Shown here: positions 1 through 8,556 of the stretch, one piece after another | How positions within the stretch are numbered: position 1 is the first letter of the stretch | How the letters are laid out: each line of letters opens with the position of its first letter | Assembly: GCA_963667175.2 (NCBI GenBank) | Contig: CAXXXF010000002.1 | Span: forward strand, 1 to 64,000 | Direction: 5' to 3' | Length of the DNA stretch: 64,000 nt | Origin: Candidatus Latescibacterota bacterium | GTDB lineage: Bacteria > Latescibacterota > UBA2968 > GCA-2709665 | Position numbers and translations under genes: made by a program | The notes under the pieces: generated by a model | The model's database searches: none | What the model was told of the DNA's origin: nothing | What the model saw: only the letters and a program-made list of their open reading frames with translations

Positions 1-206
1 GTCACATCGACGCGCCCGGCTTTTTAGATAAAGCTTGCAATCCGTGTGTCAATACTGTAGACTTTGATTCACGAACCGCGCGCGCCAGCGGGACGCCTGG
101 CGCGCCCAGGCGGGCGTCTGCGCTACCCCTGTCCATTTCACGTCCCGTCGTGAGTCACCCGTACCGGGTAGACGCCGGGGCGTCTCGCGGAAAGGAGCAC
201 GGATTG

Positions 207-1119
207 ATGAACTTCACCTGCAGGTCGAACGAACGCACGAGGTCAGCCAACCGCAAACTCGCGGCGTCTGCGATCGTCTTTCTGATTGCGGCGGCCGCCG
301 TTCTTACGCCACGGGCCGCCCATGCCGGCGCGTGGACGCTGGAAAAGGGCCAGGTCTGGAGCAAGATCACCGGATTGTACCAGGCCACCAGCGAACACTA
401 CGGCAAGGACGGCGATCCGAGCAAAATCCCCGCCGATTACACGGCCCGGGAGGTGTACATCGACGTGTTCTACGGCGTGACCAAGCGCATTGACGTGGGT
501 CTGCAGTTTGCCGCCATTAACAGAAAGTTCGAGAATTTCACCTCGCCCACGCACAGAGAAATGTTCGGATATCGCGCCAGGGAGTCGGGTCTGGGCGATA
601 TCCGCGCCTTCGCCAAGGTCAACCTCGTTCACGAACCCGTGGTGGGCACCCTGAAGCTCGGCGTCAAGACGCCGTCCGGTGAATTCCGCGCCGCGCCCGA
701 GGCCATGTCCGCCAGCGACGGGCAGTGGGACGTCGAAGTCATCGCGCAGATCGGCAAGTCCTTTTACCCCGTCCCGGCGTACGCCAACGTCGAGTTCGGG
801 TATCGCCTCCGGGAGACCAATGAGACCATCCACCACAACCCGGACGACGAGCTGGTTTACAACGCCGAGGCCGGTTTCAGTCCCGTCGAGATGCTGAACC
901 TCGCCCTGAAACTGGAAGGGATCACGGGCGCCGGCAGAAGGATTACCTACGCGATCCCCACCGTCCTGGTGAGTCTCCCTCAAGGTCTGGGCATCGAGGC
1001 CGCGCTGCGCGTCAGCGTACTCGGGCGCGCCCGACCCGGCGCTGGGGGCGCCATATACGTACTTCGCCGGCAACACGTGGAACGTTGGAATCTCTTATAC
1101 CGGAAATCTGATGCAGTGA
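207..1119 (+). pseudogene. Secreted outer-membrane beta-barrel/transporter-like protein (MetA-pathway-like), frameshifted near 1025-1060
   Basis: RBS AAGGAG before ATG 207; signal peptide ending AHA; GLGDI...LGVKTPSG motif. A plausible barrel C-terminus YFAGNTWNVGISYTGNLMQ* lies in another frame and ends at TGA 1119, followed by a terminator. Confidence 0.6.
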
Positions 1120-1166
1120 TCGCGCGATTGGGGAACGAGCCCCCCAATGGCGAAAATCGGTACCTG

Positions 1167-1202
1167 AACAGGGGAAGGGGCGATCGCCCCTTCCCCTGTT
1201 TT
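1167..1202. terminator. Intrinsic terminator hairpin, possibly bidirectional
   Basis: Perfect palindrome AACAGGGGAAGGGGCGATCGCCCCTTCCCCTGTT followed by TT, between convergent genes. Confidence 0.75.
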
Positions 1203-1255
1203 CATGTCTTCGTCCGCTGCGATTCAAGCCACGTCGCCGTTCGGCAAGATCATCG

Positions 1256-1375
1256 TCAGGTAAATGGATCGACGGCCAGGTCTCGTTCGTTACGCGCCAG
1301 CCACTCCATCACCCTCGGATCCGGCCTCGGCTGGGTCGCCTCGCACAGCACATTGGCATCCACGAGGCACATCAT
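1256..1375 (-). pseudogene. vapC: Truncated VapC/PIN toxin (first ~40 aa only)
   Basis: MMCLVDANVLCEATQPRPDPRVMEWL is a typical PIN N-terminus, coupled to the antitoxin stop; it terminates prematurely. Confidence 0.75.
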
Positions 1376-1614
1376 CGCGGCGATCCGAGGGCGTCGGTCG
1401 ACTCCGATTCGATCGGCACGAACCAGCCTTTTTCGGGACACGAGAGGAGCGTGTCCACCAGCCCGTTGTTCTTCGGCGGGTCGGCAACGACAAGGCGGTA
1501 TTCGCCTTCGTCTACCCGTTCTATTGCAAACGACTGGCCGGGTTCCAGTCTGTCCCGACGGCGAAACTCGGCCGGTATCACAATCTGACCCCGGGTTGAG
1601 AGGACTGTTTTCAT
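1372..1614 (-). CDS. AbrB/MazE/SpoVT-family antitoxin
   Basis: STRGQIVIPAEFRRR..LEPG motif, 80 aa, directly upstream of the PIN fragment. Confidence 0.85.
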   Translation of the reverse strand: MKTVLSTRGQIVIPAEFRRRDRLEPGQSFAIERVDEGEYRLVVADPPKNNGLVDTLLSCPEKGWFVPIESESTDALGSPR

Positions 1615-1620
1615 AGAAAA

Positions 1621-1650
1621 TAAGATAACGTCTTACACCAGGATTGTCAA
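1621..1650 (-). promoter_or_regulatory. Sigma70 promoter of the TA operon with TAAGA-N5-TCTTA operator; probably leaderless
   Basis: TTGACA-17bp-TATCTT, ending 7 nt before ATG 1614. Confidence 0.6.
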
Positions 1651-1771
1651 TGCCCGGCAGGTCTTCAACGGAAAGGTTTGCCCTTTACTCTATCAGGTAC
1701 CCGCGGTATTTTCTCTTGGGGTAAAGCGGATGGCAGGGCCGTGATCCGGATGGAGTATAGTACCGATTTGC

Positions 1772-2920
1772 ATGAGAGGGGACGCAGGGTTGACGCGGAT
1801 TCGGCGGATGATTGGTTTTGGTTGGCTGGTTCTTGCGAGCACAGCGGTACACGTTCACGCCCAGACGCCGGCTTTAAAGGCGCCGCGTATTACGGAAAAG
1901 CACCGCGGCGTCTGTTTCGTGGCCGGACCGGGCCGCCCGGCGGATGCGGCTTTCGACCGCCTGGCCGCGCTGAACGTGAATTGGATCTCCCAGACGCCGT
2001 TCGGGTGGCAGCAAAGCGCCGGCGCCCCGGAGGTGGTCCTCGCGACGTCCGGGCGCGTCTGGTGGGGCGAATCGGATGAGGGCCTGGCGGATGCGGCCCG
2101 GCGGGCGCGGCAGCGAGGCATCCGGACGATCCTGAAACCCCACGTCTGGATCCGCGACCGCAGCGACGGGAGATGGCGCGGAAATATTGACTTTTCTACG
2201 ACGGAAGAATGGGACCGCTGGTGGACGAGCTACCGGAGATTCATCCTTCATTACGCCGAACTGGCGGAAACCACGCGGATGGAGGCACTGTGTATCGGGA
2301 CGGAGCTGCGCAGCGCCGTGTTGAACCGCCCCGACGCGTGGCGCAGGCTGATTGCGGACGTACGGGCGGTGTACGGGGGCGAACTCACCTATTCCGCGAA
2401 CTGGTACCGCGAGTTCGAAGAGGCGCCATTCTGGGACGCGCTGGACTACGTCGGAATTCAGGTCTATTTCCCGCTGGCGGACAGCACCGGCGCCACTTTG
2501 ACGCTCAATGACTTCAAAGCGGCGTGGGCGCCCCATGTGAAGCGGATCGAAGCGGTACATCAGCAGGTGGGTAAGCCGGTGCTTTTCACGGAGGTCGGCT
2601 ACCGGAGCACCGCGGATTCCGCCGTAGAGCCGTGGGTCTGGCGGTCGGCCGCGCCGGTGGACCATGAACTGCAGGCGACCCTTTACGAAGCGATGTTCCG
2701 GACCTTCTGGCGAAAGCCCTGGTTTGCGGGCACGCACGTCTGGAAGTGGTTCCCCGAGGGCAGCGCGGGATTCGGCGGGCGGCGCGCCCTGCGGCGGGAA
2801 CGCGGGTTCACGCCACAGGGAAAACCGGCGGAGGAAGTGCTCGCCCGCTGGTATCGGGTTGCTGAGCCAAAACCACGTACTGAAACCGGCGGATTACCGG
2901 GAATGACTCCCGGCCGGTAG
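1772..2920 (+). CDS. Secreted glycoside hydrolase family 113 (beta-mannanase-like TIM barrel); start uncertain
   Basis: LKPH, IGTEL, TYSANW, FWDALDYVGI.YFPL and KPVLFTEVGYRS motifs; signal peptide. Confidence 0.85.
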   Translation: MRGDAGLTRIRRMIGFGWLVLASTAVHVHAQTPALKAPRITEKHRGVCFVAGPGRPADAAFDRLAALNVNWISQTPFGWQQSAGAPEVVLATSGRVWWGESDEGLADAARRARQRGIRTILKPHVWIRDRSDGRWRGNIDFSTTEEWDRWWTSYRRFILHYAELAETTRMEALCIGTELRSAVLNRPDAWRRLIADVRAVYGGELTYSANWYREFEEAPFWDALDYVGIQVYFPLADSTGATLTLNDFKAAWAPHVKRIEAVHQQVGKPVLFTEVGYRSTADSAVEPWVWRSAAPVDHELQATLYEAMFRTFWRKPWFAGTHVWKWFPEGSAGFGGRRALRRERGFTPQGKPAEEVLARWYRVAEPKPRTETGGLPGMTPGR

Positions 2921-3169
2921 TTTCAGGTGGGCAGTTATCGAATGTAGCTCTTTACAACACGACGATTGTTTCCCATATTAGAATTTGCCTTCAATGAGTG
3001 CGCTGACCTGCGTCATCGCCGACGGAGGCTGAAACCGGCTGCGCGGGGTCGGCACGATTGACGAACCGCTGACGCGCCAAAACGAAATCTTCTTCGGTCC
3101 GAATCCGTATCTTCGGGCAACGACGCGGCGCCGAAAGTAACACTACACCACGTGACAGGAGGTAGAACC

Positions 3170-3490
3170 ATGGCCAATTACATGTTTCGCACCAGGTACA
3201 CGCGGTCGGGCCTCGAGGGCCTGCTCAGAGAGGGAGGCACGGGACGGCGGGAAGCCTTGAGGCAAACCATCGAAGGGATGGGCGGCAAGCTGGAGGGCTT
3301 CTACTACGCGATGGGCGATGACGATCTCATCCTGATCGCCGAGATTCCCGATGAAGCCACCGCGGCATCCATCGCGCTGAATATCGCCGCCGCAGGGGCG
3401 CTGGAAGTCTCCACGACGGTCCTCGTATCGCCGGAGACCATCGACGAAGCGGTGAACAAGAGCGTGTCGTACCGCCGGCCTGGCGAGTGA
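3170..3490 (+). CDS. GYD domain protein
   Basis: GGKLEGFYYAMGDDDL motif; RBS AGGAGG. Confidence 0.85.
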   Translation: MANYMFRTRYTRSGLEGLLREGGTGRREALRQTIEGMGGKLEGFYYAMGDDDLILIAEIPDEATAASIALNIAAAGALEVSTTVLVSPETIDEAVNKSVSYRRPGE

Positions 3491-3533
3491 CTCTGGTGTC
3501 CTGACCTGATAACGCCTCACCTTTTTGACGATG

Positions 3534-3568
3534 AAGGCCCCTTTTCGCCTCTGAGAAGGGGCCTTTTC
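3534..3568 (+). terminator. Intrinsic terminator
   Basis: AAGGCCCCTTTTC-loop-GAGAAGGGGCCTT-TTC downstream of the GYD gene. Confidence 0.6.
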
Positions 3569-3669
3569 GCGTACGACGTCCTGTAGAACCGTCGCGGGAC
3601 CATCGCCAGCGGTTCCGCGAAACCTGCAAAGACGCGAACGACGAACCTCTTGCCGAGGTCATAGATCGC

Positions 3670-3990
3670 GGGCCGCGCTATTGGACGATGGGCCTCACGG
3701 TGACTTCAACCGGTTCCTGGTAGTCAGCGTACGAACCCGACAGCGAACTTCGCGACACCGAGCAGGCGCCTCTCCTCGAAAACGGCGGCATCGAGGGCTT
3801 CCTGCGCCGCGAGGCGCTGCCTTATGCAACAGACGCCTGGCACGACCCGGCCTGCGTCAAGTTCGGGTACGAAATCAGCTTCACGCGCTGCTTCTACAAG
3901 CCCCAGCCCATGCGAACCCTGGAGAAAAACCGAGCAGATATTCTGGCTCTGGAGAAGGAAACTGAGGGACTCTTAGGGAAATCCTCGGTG
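3670..3990 (+). pseudogene. hsdM: Type I R-M HsdM C-terminal remnant
   Basis: Manual translation from 3730 gives YEPDSELRDTEQAPLLENGGIEGFLRREALPY..DAW..KFGYEISFTRCFYKPQPMRTLE..RADILALEKETEGLLG, a characteristic HsdM C-terminus; no start codon. Confidence 0.8.
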
Positions 3991-4104
3991 AGCAACGTTA
4001 AGGGGCGCGGTTATTGAACGCATGGCTTTACAAGGACAGGATTATCTTACATATTATACGTAGCCTTTAACAAGGCTGACGTCACGCGCCATCGGACCGG
4101 TCTC

Positions 4105-4272
4105 GATATAAACTCGTTTACCCGGGCGACATTGCGTACAACAAAATGCGGGCTTGGCAAGGTGCAGTCGGTATGTCTCAATACAAGGGAATCGTCAGCC
4201 CGGCGTATGTCGTGCAGCGCCCGAGAAACGGGATCAACTCGCGTTACCTTCACTATCTTTTGAGAACTCCTC
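4105..4272 (+). pseudogene. hsdS: Type I R-M HsdS target-recognition-domain remnant
   Basis: AYNKMRAWQGAVGMSQYKGIVSPAYVVQRP..INSRYLHYLLRTP, next to the hsdM remnant. Confidence 0.75.
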
Positions 4273-4605
4273 GCCGCTTCCACGGCAGGCAAAATCCTAA
4301 CGCCAACCCCGAATACGGGAGATATGTATCATGTTGGCCGACACGTTCCCGTCCGACGAAGCCGCAGACTTTCTACTTGATTCGAGCCACCGACATGACC
4401 CAAATTTCATCGTTAAGTGATTAATTAATAGTGATATAAATTACTTGACGGGCACTTGGCTGAGACAGCGCCAAAGGAATCAGATGTATACAACCCCTCA
4501 AGTAAGTGATCGGTTTCTTGGACGTGATCAATTGTCCGCTGGGTAGCGACGTTTCTGATTCACTTTCAATCAATGCCCGATTGCTTGTACCTGAGAAAAC
4601 GGCTA

Positions 4606-4716
4606 ATCGGGAATTGTGCCATTAAACAAAAAATGGTGCAATTGGCATAATATCAGCATAATCTGCATATAAATATCTGTTAATTTTGGGTTTGTATTGT
4701 TCTAACAAAGCGTTAA
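4606..4716 (+). repeat. Diverged AT-rich repeat A, copy 1 (copy 2 at ~4931-5060)
   Basis: Shared blocks GGAATTGTGCC, AAACAAA, CAAT.GGCATAA, GCATAAT and ATAAATATCTG in the same order. Confidence 0.65.
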
Positions 4717-4805
4717 TTTACAAGTGAAAATGCCTCAATTCATAATATTCAACGGGGCCAAGGTATATGATGGCTGGAGATTGCTCGCATTCGCTTAGTT
4801 GGTGA

Positions 4806-4997
4806 TTGCCGGTGTTACCAGCCCTTTCTTACGTCCAGGTTCAGAAATTACTCCAAGCCTTGAGAATTGCGGGGCAGATCCATAGAGTCGGGAACACTCG
4901 AGCCGCTCGCTGGTATCCAGGCAGAACCCCATCAGGAATTGTGCCGGAAAACAAATTAACGAACAATAGGCATAAATTCGGCACAATTGCGGCATAA
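4806..4997 (+). pseudogene. C-terminal winged-helix remnant of an AlbA/ATP-binding-type protein
   Basis: VLPALSYVQVQKLLQALRIAGQIHRVGNTRAARWYP is wHTH-like; the N-terminal part is absent. Confidence 0.5.
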
Positions 4998-5255
4998 TGT
5001 ATTTCATAAATATCTGATTATTTGGATCTTATTACATTATTCTTCTTGACAAGGCATTATGCCTTACGCAAGAAAGTCGTAATTCATTTGTTCGGTGAGC
5101 GGATCCTCCCGGAACGATTAGGACCGTGCTCGTTTTAGCCCGACTACGATTGCCGCGCCACCTGGAATGCTGATCGATTTCGGAGGTTGCCTGACACTGG
5201 AACCTGAATTTCCATTGGCCGGTAATTGACTGAAAAACGTAGAAACAACAGGTGA

Positions 5256-5314
5256 ATTCTATAACCCGTTAATTTTATTGAAGTTGTTTAATTGACGAGT
5301 AATTGACTGGAAAC
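5256..5314 (+). repeat. 59-bp direct repeat B, copy 1
   Basis: 53/59 identical to 7163-7221 by manual alignment; contains tandem TAATTGAC. Confidence 0.9.
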
Positions 5315-5503
5315 GCCACATGCCGACCGGCGTCCGCGCGCTATTCACCGCGGATGTGCATACCGAAAAGATATCCGTGCGCGAGGCGGTGGCCAATCTG
5401 TCAGAGAAGACCGATCAGCCGGACTCCTGCGCCTTGCGGAAGCCGTGACCGACGGCAGGGCAGAGATCGCCAATGGGTTTGAAACGACGCGACAGGCCGC
5501 AAA

Positions 5504-6970
5504 ATGACAACCAATAGAAACCGTGACTACCTTGTCGGCCTGGTAGGGGAGTTGCGCAACCTGCCACATGAGACCGAATGGGTCGAATTCAAGGTCAATC
5601 ACCGCAAGCCCCAGACCATCGGACAGTACATCTCGGCGCTTTCCAATGCGGCTGCCCTGCACGATAAAGTCCACGCATACATCGTGTGGGGCATCGAGAA
5701 CATAACGCACACCATTGTCGGCACAGACTTTTCGCCATCCATCGCGAAAAAGGGAAGCGAACCTCTCGAGACCTGGCTGCTTGGGCTTCTGAGGCCGCGC
5801 GTCGACTTCCGCTTTCACGAAGTCATGGTTGACGGAAAGCGGGTCGTGATTATGGAGATTGATCGTGCCTACCGGCATCCAGTCGCCTTCGCGGGCGTCG
5901 AGTTTATCCGGGTGGGCAGCACCAGGAGAAGACTCAAAGAATATCCGGAAAAGGAACGAGCACTCTGGCGCGTTTTCGACCGGATGAGCTTCGAAGACGG
6001 TATCGCCGCTGAACGCGTGTGTGGCGAAGATGTGCTAAAAAAAATCGACTGCCCGGCGTACTTCGACTTGCTTGAAATACCGCTCCCTGACGGACGTGAC
6101 GCCATCCTTCACGCATTGCAGGGTGACCGACTCATCGCCCCCGGCGAAGCGGGCGGCTTCGACGTCACCAACGTGGGCGCGGTTCTGTTCGCCAGGAACC
6201 TCATCGACTTCCCAAACCTGAAGCGCAAGGCCGTGCGGGTTATCCAGTACAGGGGCGGGGGTAGGACCGACACGATCAGGGAACAGGAGAACACCAAAGG
6301 ATACGCCTGCGGCTTTAAAGGTCTGGTCGGCTACCTTGGTGGGATACTCCCAGCTATCGAAATGATCGAGAAAGACTTGCGAAGGACGGTGCCGATGTTC
6401 CCCGATCTGGCCATCCGAGAACACGTCGCCAACGCGCTCATCCACCAGGACTTTCTCGTCACGGGTGCGGGACCGATGGTAGAGATCTTCGATAACCGAA
6501 TTGAGATTACGAATCCGGGCGAGCCCCTCGTGGATACGCAACGTTTCTTGGACGCATCGCCCAGGTCCCGCAACGAGGCCCTGGCCTCACTGATGCGCCG
6601 GGTTCGCATCTGCGAGGAACGGGGCAGCGGGATCGACAAGGTTGTCCTTGAAATTGAGTCATATCATCTGCCGGCGCCGCTTTTCGAGGTTCCGCCGGGT
6701 TCTACTCGCGCAGTTCTCTTCGCCCACAAGACCCTGGCTGACATGGACGGAGAGGAGCGGATAAGAGCCTGTTACCTCCATGCATGCCTCAAGTATGTGA
6801 TGCGAGATTACCTGACCAATGCATCGCTTCGAGAGAGATTTGGCATCGAAGAGAATAACAAGGCTATCGCCTCTCGCCGCATTCGCGAGGCCATGGACGC
6901 TGGCATGATCAAGCCGTTTGACGAAAATGCCTCCCGAAGAATGATGAAATACGTCCCATTCTGGGCCTGA
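5504..6970 (+). CDS. AlbA_2 (Schlafen-like) DNA-binding domain + HATPase_c_4 + wHTH protein
   Basis: ETEWVEFK, ISALSN, YIVWGI, AIRE.VANALIHQD, RIEITNPG and CEERGSGIDK motifs. Confidence 0.9.
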   Translation: MTTNRNRDYLVGLVGELRNLPHETEWVEFKVNHRKPQTIGQYISALSNAAALHDKVHAYIVWGIENITHTIVGTDFSPSIAKKGSEPLETWLLGLLRPRVDFRFHEVMVDGKRVVIMEIDRAYRHPVAFAGVEFIRVGSTRRRLKEYPEKERALWRVFDRMSFEDGIAAERVCGEDVLKKIDCPAYFDLLEIPLPDGRDAILHALQGDRLIAPGEAGGFDVTNVGAVLFARNLIDFPNLKRKAVRVIQYRGGGRTDTIREQENTKGYACGFKGLVGYLGGILPAIEMIEKDLRRTVPMFPDLAIREHVANALIHQDFLVTGAGPMVEIFDNRIEITNPGEPLVDTQRFLDASPRSRNEALASLMRRVRICEERGSGIDKVVLEIESYHLPAPLFEVPPGSTRAVLFAHKTLADMDGEERIRACYLHACLKYVMRDYLTNASLRERFGIEENNKAIASRRIREAMDAGMIKPFDENASRRMMKYVPFWA

Positions 6971-7162
6971 TCTCAATTGGCGTGGATTGATCGACGGCCC
7001 GACGTCTCGCAAACCGCCAGGAATTGTATCAATTGATGAATAGATGATCGAACGAACCCCAAAATGGTTGAATGGGCCGACATATCTTTCTTTTTTAATA
7101 AGTTACGTCACAAAGGAGCGATGGACGGCCAATTGATCAGGAAACACCCGATGGCCGTTGAT

Positions 7163-7221
7163 ATTCTATAAACCATTAACTTTATTGCACTTGTTTAATT
7201 GACGGGTAATTGACTGGAAAC
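7163..7221 (+). repeat. 59-bp direct repeat B, copy 2
   Basis: Matches 5256-5314. Confidence 0.9.
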
Positions 7222-7335
7222 TTCCAATGACCGCCGACGCCCGTACCCGACTCGTCTCCTTTGTGTGTGCAAGCGAGATCAATGCAGGTGAGGCGGCCGG
7301 TCTGTCTACCGGTATTCACAAACTCAGTGTGAGCC

Positions 7336-8513
7336 ATGTCTAGCCGACGGACAAAAATAAACTTACAGCCTGGTGTCCTGCAGTGGGCGCGAGAGCGTGC
7401 CCGCGTCAGCCGCGACGAACTGGCTCGCAAGATGCAGGTCAACGTCGACCGCGTTGTAGAGTGGGAGGAAACCGGCAGCATCAGTGTCGCCCAGGCAGAC
7501 AGGCTCGCGGAACGCACCCACACCCCCGTGGGTTTGCTGTATCTTTCCGAGCCCCCCGAGTACCCATACCGGACTTCAGGACGCGCCGCGTCGATACCTT
7601 TGCTTCAGGTCCAAGCCTCGACCTGTTGGAAACGGTCTATGCGATGCAAAGGCGACAGGACTGGATGCGTGACGATCTGATTGATAGCGGTGCGGAACCA
7701 CTGGAGTTCGTCGGTGGATTCAGCCGTACATACAGTCACGTGGATGTTGCAAGTGCAATGCGAGATGTGCTGCGAATTCCAGATGGTTGGGCGAAGGACA
7801 TTTCTACCTGGATCGCTGCCCTCAGGTTCCTTCGGAGCAAATTCGACGCCGCTGGCGTGCTCGTCGTTTTCAATGGCGTCGTAGGCAACAATACTCGTCG
7901 AAGCCTTGAACCTGACGAGTTTCAAGGCTTTGCACTGGCGGATGAATACGCCCCCTTGATATTCGTCAACAACGCAGATTTTATCGCTGCCAAGATGTTC
8001 ACGCTTGCGCACGAACTCGCCCATATATGCGTCGGAGAGTCGGGCGTATCACACTTCGAGAGGTTGCAACCGTCGCAGAATGCTACGGAGCGATTCTGCG
8101 ATCAGGCAGCAGCGGAGTTTCTTGTCCCCGAGTCCAGTTTTCGCGATCTGTGGAACCTTGTTGGCCGTAACACCTTGGCGCCTAAGGGCGTTCCTTTTGA
8201 GTCGATTGCACACCGATTCAAGGTAAGCGCAATCGTTGCCGCCCGACGTGCCCTGGACCTGGGCCTGATTGACTTTGACACATTTTACGCCTTTTATGAA
8301 GACCACAAGCAACAAGGAGGTACCGTTCAGCCGACAACCGACAGTGGCAATTTCTGGAATACTCAGAGATGGCGCATTGGTCCTCGGTTCGCGGCAGCAG
8401 TCGCCCGTGCGGTAAAGGAAGGCCGGCTGCTATATCGCGAGGCATACAATCTCACAGGTCTTAAGGGAAGGACCTTCGAAGACATGCCCGAGAGAATGGG
8501 GATAGACCTTTGA
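7336..8513 (+). pseudogene. XRE-HTH + ImmA/IrrE metallopeptidase, frameshifted at ~7560
   Basis: N-terminal HTH (VLQWARERA...WEETG) in ORF 7336; PIPDFRT...FTLAHELAH...ERFCD.AAAEFLVP in the second frame. Confidence 0.85.
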
Positions 8514-8556
8514 CAAACCGGAAACGGCGCGTGTTTGTATTTAGGGGGTTTGAACA

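Noticed and set aside
150-1616. 488-aa ORF as one protein
   Set aside because: After ~1050 it reads through a terminator and the antisense strand of the TA genes; the real C-terminus is in another frame.
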